A stretch of 64,000 bases of DNA from Eledone cirrhosa (lineage: Eukaryota): the NCBI GenBank assembly GCA_964016885.1, contig OZ024740.1:48732001-48796000 (forward strand), read 5' to 3'. Shown here piece after piece: positions 30,001-39,440 of this stretch (positions are counted from its first letter, which is position 1; every line of letters begins with the position of its first letter). Made by a program: the position numbers and the translations under genes. The notes beneath the pieces are model-generated. The model had not been told where the DNA came from. It did not search any database and worked only from the letters and a program-made list of their open reading frames with translations.

Positions 30001-30567
30001 GACCTATGATCAAAAGCTGAAAAATTGCTGCTGTCTAATCTCAGTATTGTCCAGAAGAAGCAGACCTATGATCAAAAGCTGAAGATTTGCTGCTGTTTAA
30101 CCTCAGTATTGTCTAGAATAAGCAGACCTATGATCAAAAGCTGAAGACTTGCTGCTGTTTAACCTCAGTATTGTCCAGAAGAAGCAGACCTATGATCAAA
30201 AGCTGAAGACTTGCTGCTGTTTAACCTCAGTATTGTCTAGAAGAAGCAGACCTATATTCAAAAGCTGAAGACTTGCTGCTGTTTAATCTCAGTATTGTCT
30301 AGAACAAGCAGACCTATGATCAAAATCTGAAGACTTGCTACTGTTTAACCTCAGTATTGTCTAGAACAAGCAGACCTATGATCAAAAGCTGAAGACTTGA
30401 TGCTGTTTAACCTCAGTATTGTCTAGAACAAGCAGATCTATGATCAAAAGCTGAAGACTTGCCGCTGTTTAACCTCAGTATTGTCCATAAGAAGCAGATC
30501 TATGATCAAAGGCTGAAGACTTGCTGCTGTTTAACCTCAGTATTGTCCAGAAGAAGCAGACCTATGA
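1..30567. repeat. 62-bp tandem satellite array (~490 monomers, continues beyond the left edge)
   Basis: Consensus GCTGCTGTTTAACCTCAGTATTGTCCAGAAGAAGCAGACCTATGATCAAAAGCTGAAGACTT repeated head-to-tail without interruption. There are occasional 61- and 63-bp variants and usually only a few substitutions per monomer. The last unit ends at ...GACCTATGA (30567). Confidence 0.99.
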
Positions 30568-30573
30568 GCCAAA

Positions 30574-31454
30574 GCTCTGTAGAGACAGTAGACAGCTTCT
30601 GCTACCTAGGTGACCGAATTATCCGCGGAGGTGGGTGTTCGGAAAGTACAATAACTAGGGTAAGAACGGGATGGTAAAAGTTCAGGAAACTACTACCACT
30701 GCTAGCTCAAAATGAAAGGCAGACTGTATGATGCGTGTATCCGAACAGCAATGTTACATGGTAGTGAGACCTGGGCGCTGAAGTTGGAAGACTTACGTAG
30801 ATTAGAGAGAAACGAAGCCTTCATGCTCCAATGGATGTGTAATAGTAATAGACACGAACGACAAAGCATAAATGAACTGAGAGAGAAACTGAGCATAAGA
30901 GGAATCAAATGCTGTGTGCAGGAGAGGCGGTTGCGTTGGTATGGACATGTGATGCGTATGAAGGATGACAGCTGCATAAAAAGGTGCAGAGCACTAGAAG
31001 TCGATGGAAACTGCGGAGTGGGGAGACCCAAGATGACCTGGGATGAGGTGATAAAAGCCGACCTTACCCAATTACACCTCTCAAAGGTGATGACACACGA
31101 CCGTGACCTCTGGCGTCACGCAGTAATACAGAGTGCCCGACCTGCCATGGGTACAAGCTGAAGCATATAGACAATATTCCCCCACACACCCCACTGCAAG
31201 GTGGTCGTGGAGGTGCCACAGCAAAAAAGCACCCAGCCCACACTGTAAAGTGGACGTGTAGGCGCCACGAAAAAGCACCCAGCACTCACTGTAAATGAGG
31301 TTGGTGTTAGGAAGGGCATCCAGCTGTAGAAATCAAGCCAAATCAGTTCCTGTATGAGCAAGGCATGGTCAGCCGACCAGACACTGCCCACAACAGGACA
31401 ACCCGTCTAACCCATGCTAGCGTGGAAGAATGGACGTAAAACGGTGATGATGAT
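30574..31454 (+). mobile_element. RTE-clade LINE (family B), 5'-truncated decayed 3' fragment
   Basis: Translates SVETVDSFCYLGD..., MLHGSETW, RLRWYGHVMR and GRPKMTW (RTE RT C-terminus), with a premature stop and a small deletion. The 3' UTR carries a GGTTGGTGTTAGGAAGGGCATCCAGC box and a (GAT)n tail. Confidence 0.93.
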
Positions 31455-31502
31455 ATAGTGACGAAACATAAGTCAATTGCATGAACTCATAACCCTTTAT
31501 TT

Positions 31503-31560
31503 ACTGCTATATATATATTTCGATGATAGCCATTGAATGGCTATGACCTCATCAGGCAGT
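31503..31560 (-). ncRNA. Type I hammerhead ribozyme motif (HHR-1)
   Basis: Minus strand reads ACUGC-CUGAUGA-GGUCAUAGCCAU UCA AUGGCUAUCAUC-GAAA-UAUAUAUA-UA-GCAGU. Helix I is 5 bp, helix II is long with one mismatch, helix III is palindromic, and the cleavage triplet is AUA. Confidence 0.85.
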
Positions 31561-31632
31561 TAGTCAGTTCTTAGATATGCTATCTCTGTGATTATGGTGT
31601 TGATGGTATCAGAGCCTTGGGACATATATATA

Positions 31633-31713
31633 TGTAGAAATCAAGCCAGCATCAGTTCCCGTCGCACCCTTGCAAGCAAGGAAAAAGCGGACGTAAAATG
31701 AAATGATGATATG
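31633..31713 (+). mobile_element. Short RTE 3'-terminal fragment (variant subfamily)
   Basis: GTAGAAATCAAGCCA...CCTTGCAAGCAAGG...GGACGTAAAA(TGA)n matches the layout of the other RTE 3' ends. Confidence 0.7.
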
Positions 31714-32090
31714 ATATATATATATATATCCATACATATATATATACATACAATATATATATACATATATATCATATAATATATATATACATATATATCA
31801 TATAATATATATATACATATTTATCATATAATATATATATATACATATATATCATATGATATATATATATACATATATATCATATATATATATATATATA
31901 CATATATATCATATATATATATATATATCATATATATATATACATATATATCATATATATATATATATATACATATATATCATATATATATACATATATA
32001 TCATATATATATACATATATATCATATATATATACATATATATCATATATATATATATACATATGTATCATATATATATATATATATATA
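31714..32090. repeat. (TA)n / (CATATA)n microsatellite
   Basis: About 375 bp of TA dinucleotides punctuated by CA. Confidence 0.97.
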
Positions 32091-32241
32091 TTGTTATACT
32101 TTGGGAGAGTCATGTTGCCAATAAGAAACACACGCACCAGTTGCTTTCACTTCAATTTATTATATATTTATAAATTTACAAATTTATAAATTTCTGGTTG
32201 GTTGGTTGGTTGGTTCCACAACCAGATAGTTGTTTATATAT

Positions 32242-32286
32242 AGTCATAGTTCTTTCGTAACACATTCTGTGAACTCTTCAGTGACT
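32242..32286 (-). ncRNA. Type I hammerhead ribozyme motif in the inverted PLE repeat (HHR-2a)
   Basis: Minus strand AGUCA-CUGAAGA-GUUCACAGAAUGUGUUAC-GAAA-GAAC-UA-UGACU. Helix II is weaker than in the 36891 copy. Confidence 0.75.
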
Positions 32287-32486
32287 GGGGATTCCTTTCT
32301 TTGTTTCTGTGCCTCTCCTTTGTTCTGTCCTACGCCATTTTGTTTCTGTGTGTGTGTTGTGTGCTCAGTCTGCGCATGCACCACATCCGGGTGTCTGTGT
32401 GTGTTTATGTTCATTTATCTATTTGTTTATTTACATGTTAATGGTTGGTTGTTTGTTCTATGTGTGTGTGTGTTTTCATTTTGTCC

Positions 32487-33223
32487 TTAATTGTAAGTTG
32501 TGATGTTGCTGTTCCACTCATATTTTCTATTTAATTTTGGTTGTAATTCTTTTATGTTTATTGCCTCTGTAATTTGTCTAAACATTGCGTCTTTTCTGTG
32601 TGTAGATTCTATTTTTATTTCTATGTTCTCTAATTTACCCTTGTGTTCTATCTTAGCATGTTGGTAGAGTACAGATGATTCTTTATTATCTTGAAGGTCT
32701 CGCCAGTGTTCATTTATCCGTTCCCCTACACTTCGAGCTGTCTCACCTATGTACACTATATTTTTGTCTCTACATTGTCCTTCAGTACATCTTATGCTAT
32801 ACACTACATTTCTAGTTTTACAGTTAATATGGGGGCTTATTTTACAGGTTACACATTTCTTATCTATACATGAGGGTCTTTGAAAAGGGTATGTCTTGCT
32901 AATAAGTGTTTTTACGGAGGTACCTGGTCTTTCTACTATCTTAATATTGAGTTTATGTTTATTTAGGGCCCTTCTAAATTTGTAAGCTAGTTCACCTCTA
33001 GGGGTTGTATCGATGAACATTACACTCTGGTATTATTGCTATCATACCATGAGTTTATTCTATTAGCCTTGTTCCTAGTTCTTTCTATTCTATTCCAAAA
33101 TTTGCTCCTATACAAGGGGCAGGTCCCATTTATGTCATTATTTACCATTTTTTCCCATTTGGTTCTGGCTCCTCTATACACTCTGATTCTATCTCTCTGA
33201 TTGTAGCCAGAGAACTGCATACG
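32487..33223 (-). pseudogene. Inverted partial copy of the PLE ORF C-terminus (thumb/linker + GIY-YIG), frameshifted
   Basis: ORFs 33020-33220 and 32487-33020 duplicate the end of the 1049-aa ORF. There is a 1-nt deletion near 33035 (GCAATAATACC vs GCAATAAATACC) and one Y>F change. Confidence 0.92.
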
Positions 33224-33540
33224 TTAGAAGATTACAACTCACCAAAAAACAAGCAGATAGGCTAAAACGAACATTAATTCTAGACATAAAAAAGAAGATC
33301 TATAGAGAATTAAGTCATCAAGAAAAACATAAGCGTAACCTAATACAAGAAATAGCTAGGATCACCACACCAAGAGAGAAACTAATATTTATAAGCCTTA
33401 TACGCCCTGAAGAACAGTACATTACTCAAGAATGTGATAAGCACTTTAACAAGAAACTAAAGTGGCTTAAGCAGATAAAGCTAAATCAGGATACTATAGA
33501 GAATACCAATAGATATCCCGACAAAATTGACGGTATAAAT

Positions 33541-36500
33541 ATGGCCGACACCTCATTAACAGAAGAGTTCAACAACAAAAACTCAAATATATATGGTAAA
33601 GGAAGAATAGATAATGACGAAATGTCTGTGTTATGTTTACCCCCGAAATTTGCGACATTCAAGAAGGTAAATATGATTAGTTGTCTGTCAGAAATAGAAA
33701 AATCATTTACAAAACTACGCTGGAGCATCAAAAACAAAAACAAAAACAAAAGCAACAATATACGCACACACATATACAACACACATCCCAACAATAACAG
33801 ACACACAGACACAAACAACAATAACAACAACACACACATCAACAACAACAACAACATACCCAGAAACAACAACAACAGACACGCAGACTCAAACAACAAT
33901 AACAACACACACAACAACAATAACACACACGGAGACAACAACAACACACATCAACAACAGCACACATCAACAACAACAACACACACGCATTCAATGCCTC
34001 TCACCACCACCACAATCTTAATAAACACACAGACACAGAAAACAAGTAATGACAGTAGCACAGAAATCACAGAAATAAGGGAAAGTAATAGGATTAAAAG
34101 GAGAAGGGAGACTAAGGACAAAGAGAATAACCAAGACGAACACACAGACACACAAAATAGGGTAGATAACAACAATGAGCCAGTGGAAAGAGACAGGAGT
34201 AATTATGAGAGACATAGAAACAACCATGAGGCTGTTGGTGGAAATAGAAATAGAAACAACACAACTAACAATAACAATAGCACTAGTACACATAAAGCAG
34301 CAGCCTGGAACTCTCCGTTTTATAATCCCTCCGATAAATCATTCGACCTGCGACGAGTCCACGCCACGACTTTACCATTTAACAAACGCACGCAATTGCC
34401 GTCGCAGGTCGATGAACAAACAGAAGCACAATTTAGTATAGCTAGATCCGAACTTAGAAATATTATAGAACAGTATAGCAAGAAGCATAATAGAATGGAG
34501 GTCCAGCAACTGGGAGAAAAATCTGCAAATGGCTTGCATAAGCTCATGCAGCGCTCACGTAATGGAGAGATAGCATGCTTTCCAACAGACAAGTCTGGCA
34601 GAATGTCGGTTGACAGCCTGCCAAACTACATCCAGGCAATGCAACCCCACATCACTAACACAAGAGAGGTAACACCACAGGAGCATGAGGATAGAGAAAA
34701 AGCCCTCAATGCCCATATGGTGATGTGGACGAATATAATGCAGCCCAACAAAAGGACTGCCAACAACTTCCAGGCCTGGAACAATGACGTGCCGGCGTTG
34801 TATGGGCTTCGAAAAGACCATAAAACGGGCTGTGACCCTGTCGCGGGACCACCAACACGGCCAGTCTGTGGAGCTAACATTGCTAGTAACTACAGACTGT
34901 CCTACTTCCTCTCCCTGATCATACGCCCCATCATTGAAATGTCCCCAGATGTATGTGACAGCACGGAGGACCTCCTCAGCAGAATCGGCGTGAGTAACCG
35001 ATCTGGGGACCTAACAAACTGCATAATAGGCAGTATGGATGTTGTGTCCCTGTATCCATCTATTGACGTGGATTTTGCTGTGGAGAAATGCGTAGAAATG
35101 ATCAGTGAGAGCAAGGTTGAGTTCCGTGGGATTGATACCAGTGAGCTGGGACTCCTACTTAAGCTTACCTATAGTAATAGTTACCTAGACACTTATGACC
35201 TTAGCAACCTGTGCCCTACAAGACCAGCAAGAGGCAGACCACCTACCATTACCTCAATGGCCAAGAAAACCCACACAGATAGATGGAACGGGTGGACCAG
35301 AGCCATACGGACACCCGAAAACCACGATGAACTGAAGAAAATGATTGCACATGCGGTAGGGGCCAGCATAAAACTAACCCTTAAGGAACATATGTTCAAA
35401 TTTAATGGAAAAACATATGCCCAAGAGGAAGGAGCAGCCATTGGTGTTAGCATTGCAGGCGACATAGCTAACTTATTCATGGTATGGTGGGACAGTAGAC
35501 TTAAACTTAAACTTAAAGAACAATTAGAAGACCCCTTAACCCTGATAATGTACTCCCGCTACGTAGATGATATAAACATCGTAGTTAAGACACCCCCACT
35601 AGAGAACAGTCAGGAACTAGAGAAAAACACAATGGAAAGCATCCAGCAAATAGAAAACTCCATCCACCAGAGCATTAGAGTTACTATAGACTACCCAAGT
35701 AAACACCCCAACCATCGATTACCTGTACTAGACACAGAGCTCTGGTTAGATACCATTAACAACAAAAAACAAATCCTCCATTCCCATTATGCCAAACCCA
35801 TGACTTCCAAACATCTGATCCACCGAAACTCGGCCATTTCGGACCATACCAAAATCAACATACTGATTGCAGATTTGGTACGGGTGATGAGAAATGTGTC
35901 CCGCATGTGCAACCCCGAAGAACTAGAGAGACACATACAACACTTCATCCACCGTATGCAGTTCTCTGGCTACAATCAGAGAGATAGAATCAGAGTGTAT
36001 AGAGGAGCCAGAACCAAATGGGAAAAAATGGTAAATAATGACATAAATGGGACCTGCCCCTTGTATAGGAGCAAATTTTGGAATAGAATAGAAAGAACTA
36101 GGAACAAGGCTAATAGAATAAACTCATGGTATGATAGCAATAAATACCAGAGTGTAATGTTCATCGATACAACCCCTAGAGGTGAACTAGCTTACAAATA
36201 TAGAAGGGCCCTAAATAAACATAAACTCAATATTAAGATAGTAGAAAGACCAGGTACCTCCGTAAAAACACTTATTAGCAAGACATACCCTTTTCAAAGA
36301 CCCTCATGTATAGATAAGAAATGTGTAACCTGTAAAATAAGCCCCCATATTAACTGTAAAACTAGAAATGTAGTGTATAGCATAAGATGTACTGAAGGAC
36401 AATGTAGAGACAAAAATATAGTGTACATAGGTGAGACAGCTCGAAGTGTAGGGGAACGGATAAATGAACACTGGCGAGACCTTCAAGATAATAAAGAATC

Positions 36501-36690
36501 ATCTGTACTCTACCAACATGCTAAGATAGAACACAAGGGTAAATTAGAGAACATAGAAATAAAAATAGAATCTACACACAGAAAAGACGCAATGTTTAGA
36601 CAAATTACAGAGGCAATAAACATAAAAGAATTACAACCAAAATTAAATAGAAAATATGAGTGGAACAGCAACATCACAACTTACAATTAA
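33541..36690 (+). CDS. PLE reverse transcriptase / GIY-YIG endonuclease polyprotein (frame open from ~33223; true N-terminus missing)
   Basis: RT motifs are TDKSG, YGLRKDHK, RPVC, SMDVVSLYPSI, QEEGAAIG, RYVDD and LPVLD. These are followed by a Cx4Cx2Cx7C linker and a GIY-YIG domain (VVYSIRC...VYIGET.R..ERINEH...HAKIEH...EAINI..LN). Confidence 0.95.
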   Translation: MADTSLTEEFNNKNSNIYGKGRIDNDEMSVLCLPPKFATFKKVNMISCLSEIEKSFTKLRWSIKNKNKNKSNNIRTHIYNTHPNNNRHTDTNNNNNNTHINNNNNIPRNNNNRHADSNNNNNTHNNNNTHGDNNNTHQQQHTSTTTTHTHSMPLTTTTILINTQTQKTSNDSSTEITEIRESNRIKRRRETKDKENNQDEHTDTQNRVDNNNEPVERDRSNYERHRNNHEAVGGNRNRNNTTNNNNSTSTHKAAAWNSPFYNPSDKSFDLRRVHATTLPFNKRTQLPSQVDEQTEAQFSIARSELRNIIEQYSKKHNRMEVQQLGEKSANGLHKLMQRSRNGEIACFPTDKSGRMSVDSLPNYIQAMQPHITNTREVTPQEHEDREKALNAHMVMWTNIMQPNKRTANNFQAWNNDVPALYGLRKDHKTGCDPVAGPPTRPVCGANIASNYRLSYFLSLIIRPIIEMSPDVCDSTEDLLSRIGVSNRSGDLTNCIIGSMDVVSLYPSIDVDFAVEKCVEMISESKVEFRGIDTSELGLLLKLTYSNSYLDTYDLSNLCPTRPARGRPPTITSMAKKTHTDRWNGWTRAIRTPENHDELKKMIAHAVGASIKLTLKEHMFKFNGKTYAQEEGAAIGVSIAGDIANLFMVWWDSRLKLKLKEQLEDPLTLIMYSRYVDDINIVVKTPPLENSQELEKNTMESIQQIENSIHQSIRVTIDYPSKHPNHRLPVLDTELWLDTINNKKQILHSHYAKPMTSKHLIHRNSAISDHTKINILIADLVRVMRNVSRMCNPEELERHIQHFIHRMQFSGYNQRDRIRVYRGARTKWEKMVNNDINGTCPLYRSKFWNRIERTRNKANRINSWYDSNKYQSVMFIDTTPRGELAYKYRRALNKHKLNIKIVERPGTSVKTLISKTYPFQRPSCIDKKCVTCKISPHINCKTRNVVYSIRCTEGQCRDKNIVYIGETARSVGERINEHWRDLQDNKESSVLYQHAKIEHKGKLENIEIKIESTHRKDAMFRQITEAINIKELQPKLNRKYEWNSNITTYN
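33730..34280 (+). repeat. (AAC)/(AC)-rich low-complexity tract, in frame within the PLE ORF
   Basis: Encodes Asn/Thr/His runs (NNNNNTHNNNN...) with no stop codon. Confidence 0.9.
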
Positions 36691-36890
36691 GGACAAAATG
36701 AAAACACACACACACATAGAACAAACAACCAACCAGTAACATGTAAATAAACAAATAGATAAATGAACATAAACACACACAGACACCCGGATGTGGCGCA
36801 TGCGCAGACTGAGCACACAACACACACACAGAAACAAAATGGCGTAGGACAGAACAAAGGAGAGGCACAGAAACAAAGAAAGGAATCCCC

Positions 36891-36935
36891 AGTCACTGAA
36901 GAGGTCACAGAATGTGTGACGAAAGAACTATGACT
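36891..36935 (+). ncRNA. Type I hammerhead ribozyme motif in the PLE 3' repeat (HHR-2b)
   Basis: AGUCA-CUGAAGA-G GUCACA GAAUG UGUGAC-GAAA-GAAC-UA-UGACU. Helix III is minimal and predicted cleavage is after 36930. Hammerheads are established features of PLE pseudo-LTRs. Confidence 0.85.
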
Positions 36936-37115
36936 ATATATAAACAACTATCTGGTTGTGGAACCAACCAACCAACCAGAAATTTATAAATATATAATAA
37001 ATTGAAGTGAAAGCAACTGGTGCGTGTGTTTCTTATTGACCCTCCCAAAGTATAACAATATCGGTTTCAACACACGATTTCAGATAAAGAATCTTGCTAA
37101 ACAAATTCAGAAATG

Positions 37116-37117
<2 letters not shown>

Positions 37118-37171
<54 letters not shown>

Positions 37172-37194
37172 GTATATGTATATATATATGTATA

Positions 37195-37237
<43 letters not shown>
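37118..37237. repeat. (TA)n microsatellite
   Basis: Direct observation. Further tracts lie at 37523-37576, 38300-38355, 39230-39258, 39619-39633 and 41452-41494. Confidence 0.95.
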
Positions 37238-37240
<3 letters not shown>

Positions 37241-37340
37241 AATATAGACATAGAATATTCGAAAATATTCTGTATGTTTATAATAAACATTTTGAAGACC
37301 TAATCGCTATAGAATAGAATACGTCACGTATTACAATTAG

Positions 37341-37429
37341 ATTCTCGATAAAAGCAAGGGAAGTAATCTACGCGTTTCATTCTTATTAGAAATCTTCAGG
37401 ACTACATATCCAGTGCTTTTATCGAGAAT
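37341..37429 (-). ncRNA. Type I hammerhead ribozyme motif with extended helix I (HHR-3)
   Basis: Core 37363-37405 on the minus strand: GUAGUC-CUGAAGA-UUUCU AAUA AGAAU-GAAA-CGCG-UA-GAUUAC. It is enclosed by a perfect 16-bp inverted repeat (37341-37356 / 37414-37429). Confidence 0.85.
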
Positions 37430-37519
37430 GACACAGCTAGAGACTTATAGAATACTTAGCTGTGTACAGGAACTGGTTTGAAAGAGCGGTTGCCGGTCCG
37501 GCAGAAATTAGAAATTAGA

Positions 37520-37576
<57 letters not shown>

Positions 37577-37579
<3 letters not shown>

Positions 37580-38300
37580 CGATGTTGCATGGTAGTGAGA
37601 CCTGGGCACTGAAGGTGGAAGACTTACGTAGATTAGAGAGAAACGAAGCCTGCATGCTCCGATGGATGTGTAATAGTAATATACATGAACGACAAAGCAT
37701 AAATGAATTGAAAGAGAAACTGAGCATAAGAGGAATCAAATGCTGTGTGCAGGAGAGGCGGTTGCGCTGGTATGGACATGTTTATGCGTATGAAGGATGA
37801 CAGCTGCATAAAAAGGTGCAGAGCACTAGAAGGTGATGGAAACCGCGGAGTGGGGAGACCCAAGATGACCTGAGATGAGGTGATAAAAGCCGACCTTATC
37901 CAATTGCACCTCTCAAAGACAATGACACACGACCGTGACTTCTGGAGTCACGCAGTAATACAGAGTACCCGACCTCCCATGGGTACAAGCTGAAGCATAT
38001 AGACAATATGCCCCCACACCCCTCACCGCAAGGTGGTCGTGGAGGTGCCACGGCAAAAAAGCATCCAACCCACACTGTAAAGTGGACGTGTAGGCGCCAC
38101 GAAAAAGCACCCAGCACTCACTGTAAATGAGATTGGTGTTAGGAAGGGCATCCAGCTGTAGAAATCAAGCCAAATCAGCTCCTGTATGAGCAAGGCATGG
38201 TCAGCCGACCAGACACTGCCCACAACAGGACAACCCGTCTAACCCATGCTAGCATGGAAGAACGGACGTAAAACGGTGATGATGATGATGATGATGATGA
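37577..38300 (+). mobile_element. RTE-clade LINE (family B), 5'-truncated 3' fragment
   Basis: Near-identical to the corresponding part of the 30574 copy. It has a frameshift after WYGHV, a premature stop and a (GAT)n tail, and it sits in (TA)n. Confidence 0.93.
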
Positions 38301-38356
38301 TATATATATATATACATATATATATATATGCATATGTATATATATATGTGTATATA

Positions 38357-39230
38357 AAATGGAAGCAGGGACTAGAAAGAAAGGGTCTCAAAGTCAACCT
38401 GACAAAGACTAAGATCCTTGTAAGTAGACGAAAAAACAGAACCCAGATCCCCTCAGGGAAATGGCCTTCCTCTGCCCCAAATGCAAACAATGGGTACACA
38501 AGAGATGTAGTGGGATCTCAGGAAGCTTAACTAAGAATGTTGGCTTCACATGTAGCAGCTGTGCTGGGACAGCAAGCAGCAAACAGCCACAGGAAACAAG
38601 CACCACCAAACTCTGGGAACGGCTCTGTAGAAACAGTAGACAGCTTCTACTACCTAGGTGACCGAATTAGCAGCGGAGGTGGGTGTTCGGAAAGTACAAT
38701 AACTAGGGTAAGAACGGGATGGAAGAAGTTCAGGGAGTTAGAAGTCGATGGAAACCGCGGAGTGGGGAGACCCAAGATGACCTGGGATGAGGTGATAAAA
38801 GCCGACCTTACCCAATTACACATTCTCAAAGGCGATGACACACGACCATGACCTCTGGCGTCACGCAGTAATACAGAAGATCTGACCTCCCCACCCCCCC
38901 ACGGGTACAAGCCAAAGCTGAAGCATATAGACAATATGCCCCCATCCCCTCCCACTGCAAAGTCGTCGTGGAGGTGCCACAGCAAAAAAGCACCCAGCCC
39001 ACACTGTAAAGTGGACATGTAGGCACCACGGAAAAAAAGCACCCAGCACTCACTGTAAATGAGGTTGGTGTTAGGAAGGGCATCCAGCTGTATAAATCAA
39101 GCCAGAAGCAGTTCCCGTATGAACAAGACAAGGTCTGCCGACTGGGCACTGCCCACAACAGGACAACCCGTCTAACCCATGCTAGCGTGGAAGAACAGAC
39201 GTAAAATGGTGATGATGATGATGATGATGA
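38357..39230 (+). mobile_element. RTE-clade LINE (family B) fragment with internal deletions
   Basis: Translates KWKQGLERKGLKVNLTKTK, a partial Cys/His finger and FYYLGD, then jumps directly to EVDGNRGVGRPKMTW. The 3' UTR and tail match family B. Confidence 0.9.
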
Positions 39231-39440
39231 TATATATATATACATATATATATATATAATAGGATATGTGTTCCTACACGCACAGAGCGCTAAGGGACAC
39301 ATGTATTGTCCAACCATATGCCAATGTGGTTCAATGGCAGGTTAATAAATTAACGAGCCAGAACATATATAATCAGGTTTAGCAAATAATGAAAAAGTTT
39401 CAAAATAAATTTTAAAAAATTGACTTTACTTACTATAGTT

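Larger units (their letters stand above)
32088..37061 (+). mobile_element. Penelope-like element (probably Naiad-like), 5'-truncated, with an inverted copy of its 3' end
   Basis: 32088-33223 is the reverse complement of 35953-37061. The element contains an RT + GIY-YIG ORF and a hammerhead motif in both terminal repeats. Confidence 0.93.

Noticed and set aside
1-30567. CRISPR array
   Set aside because: There are no unique spacers, the entire unit repeats, and the context is eukaryotic with no cas genes.
1-30567. Satellite monomer as a hammerhead (contains CTGAAGA, like ribozyme-bearing satellites of newts or schistosomes)
   Set aside because: It has no GAAA box, and the 10 nt between the candidate UH and the next CUGA cannot form helix I. 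A remote ribozyme origin cannot be excluded but is unsupported.
31856-32173. Ile/Tyr-rich ORFs (also 37033-37303 and 38239-38530)
   Set aside because: Translations of (TA)n microsatellites.
36690-36890. SECIS element after the PLE ORF
   Set aside because: ATGA words are present, but the A/C-rich sequence cannot form the stem, and the ORF has no in-frame TGA.
37055-37095. Hammerhead-like GAAACCGAUA on the minus strand at the PLE right junction
   Set aside because: The upstream word is CUGAAAU, not CUGANGA, and the helices do not pair.
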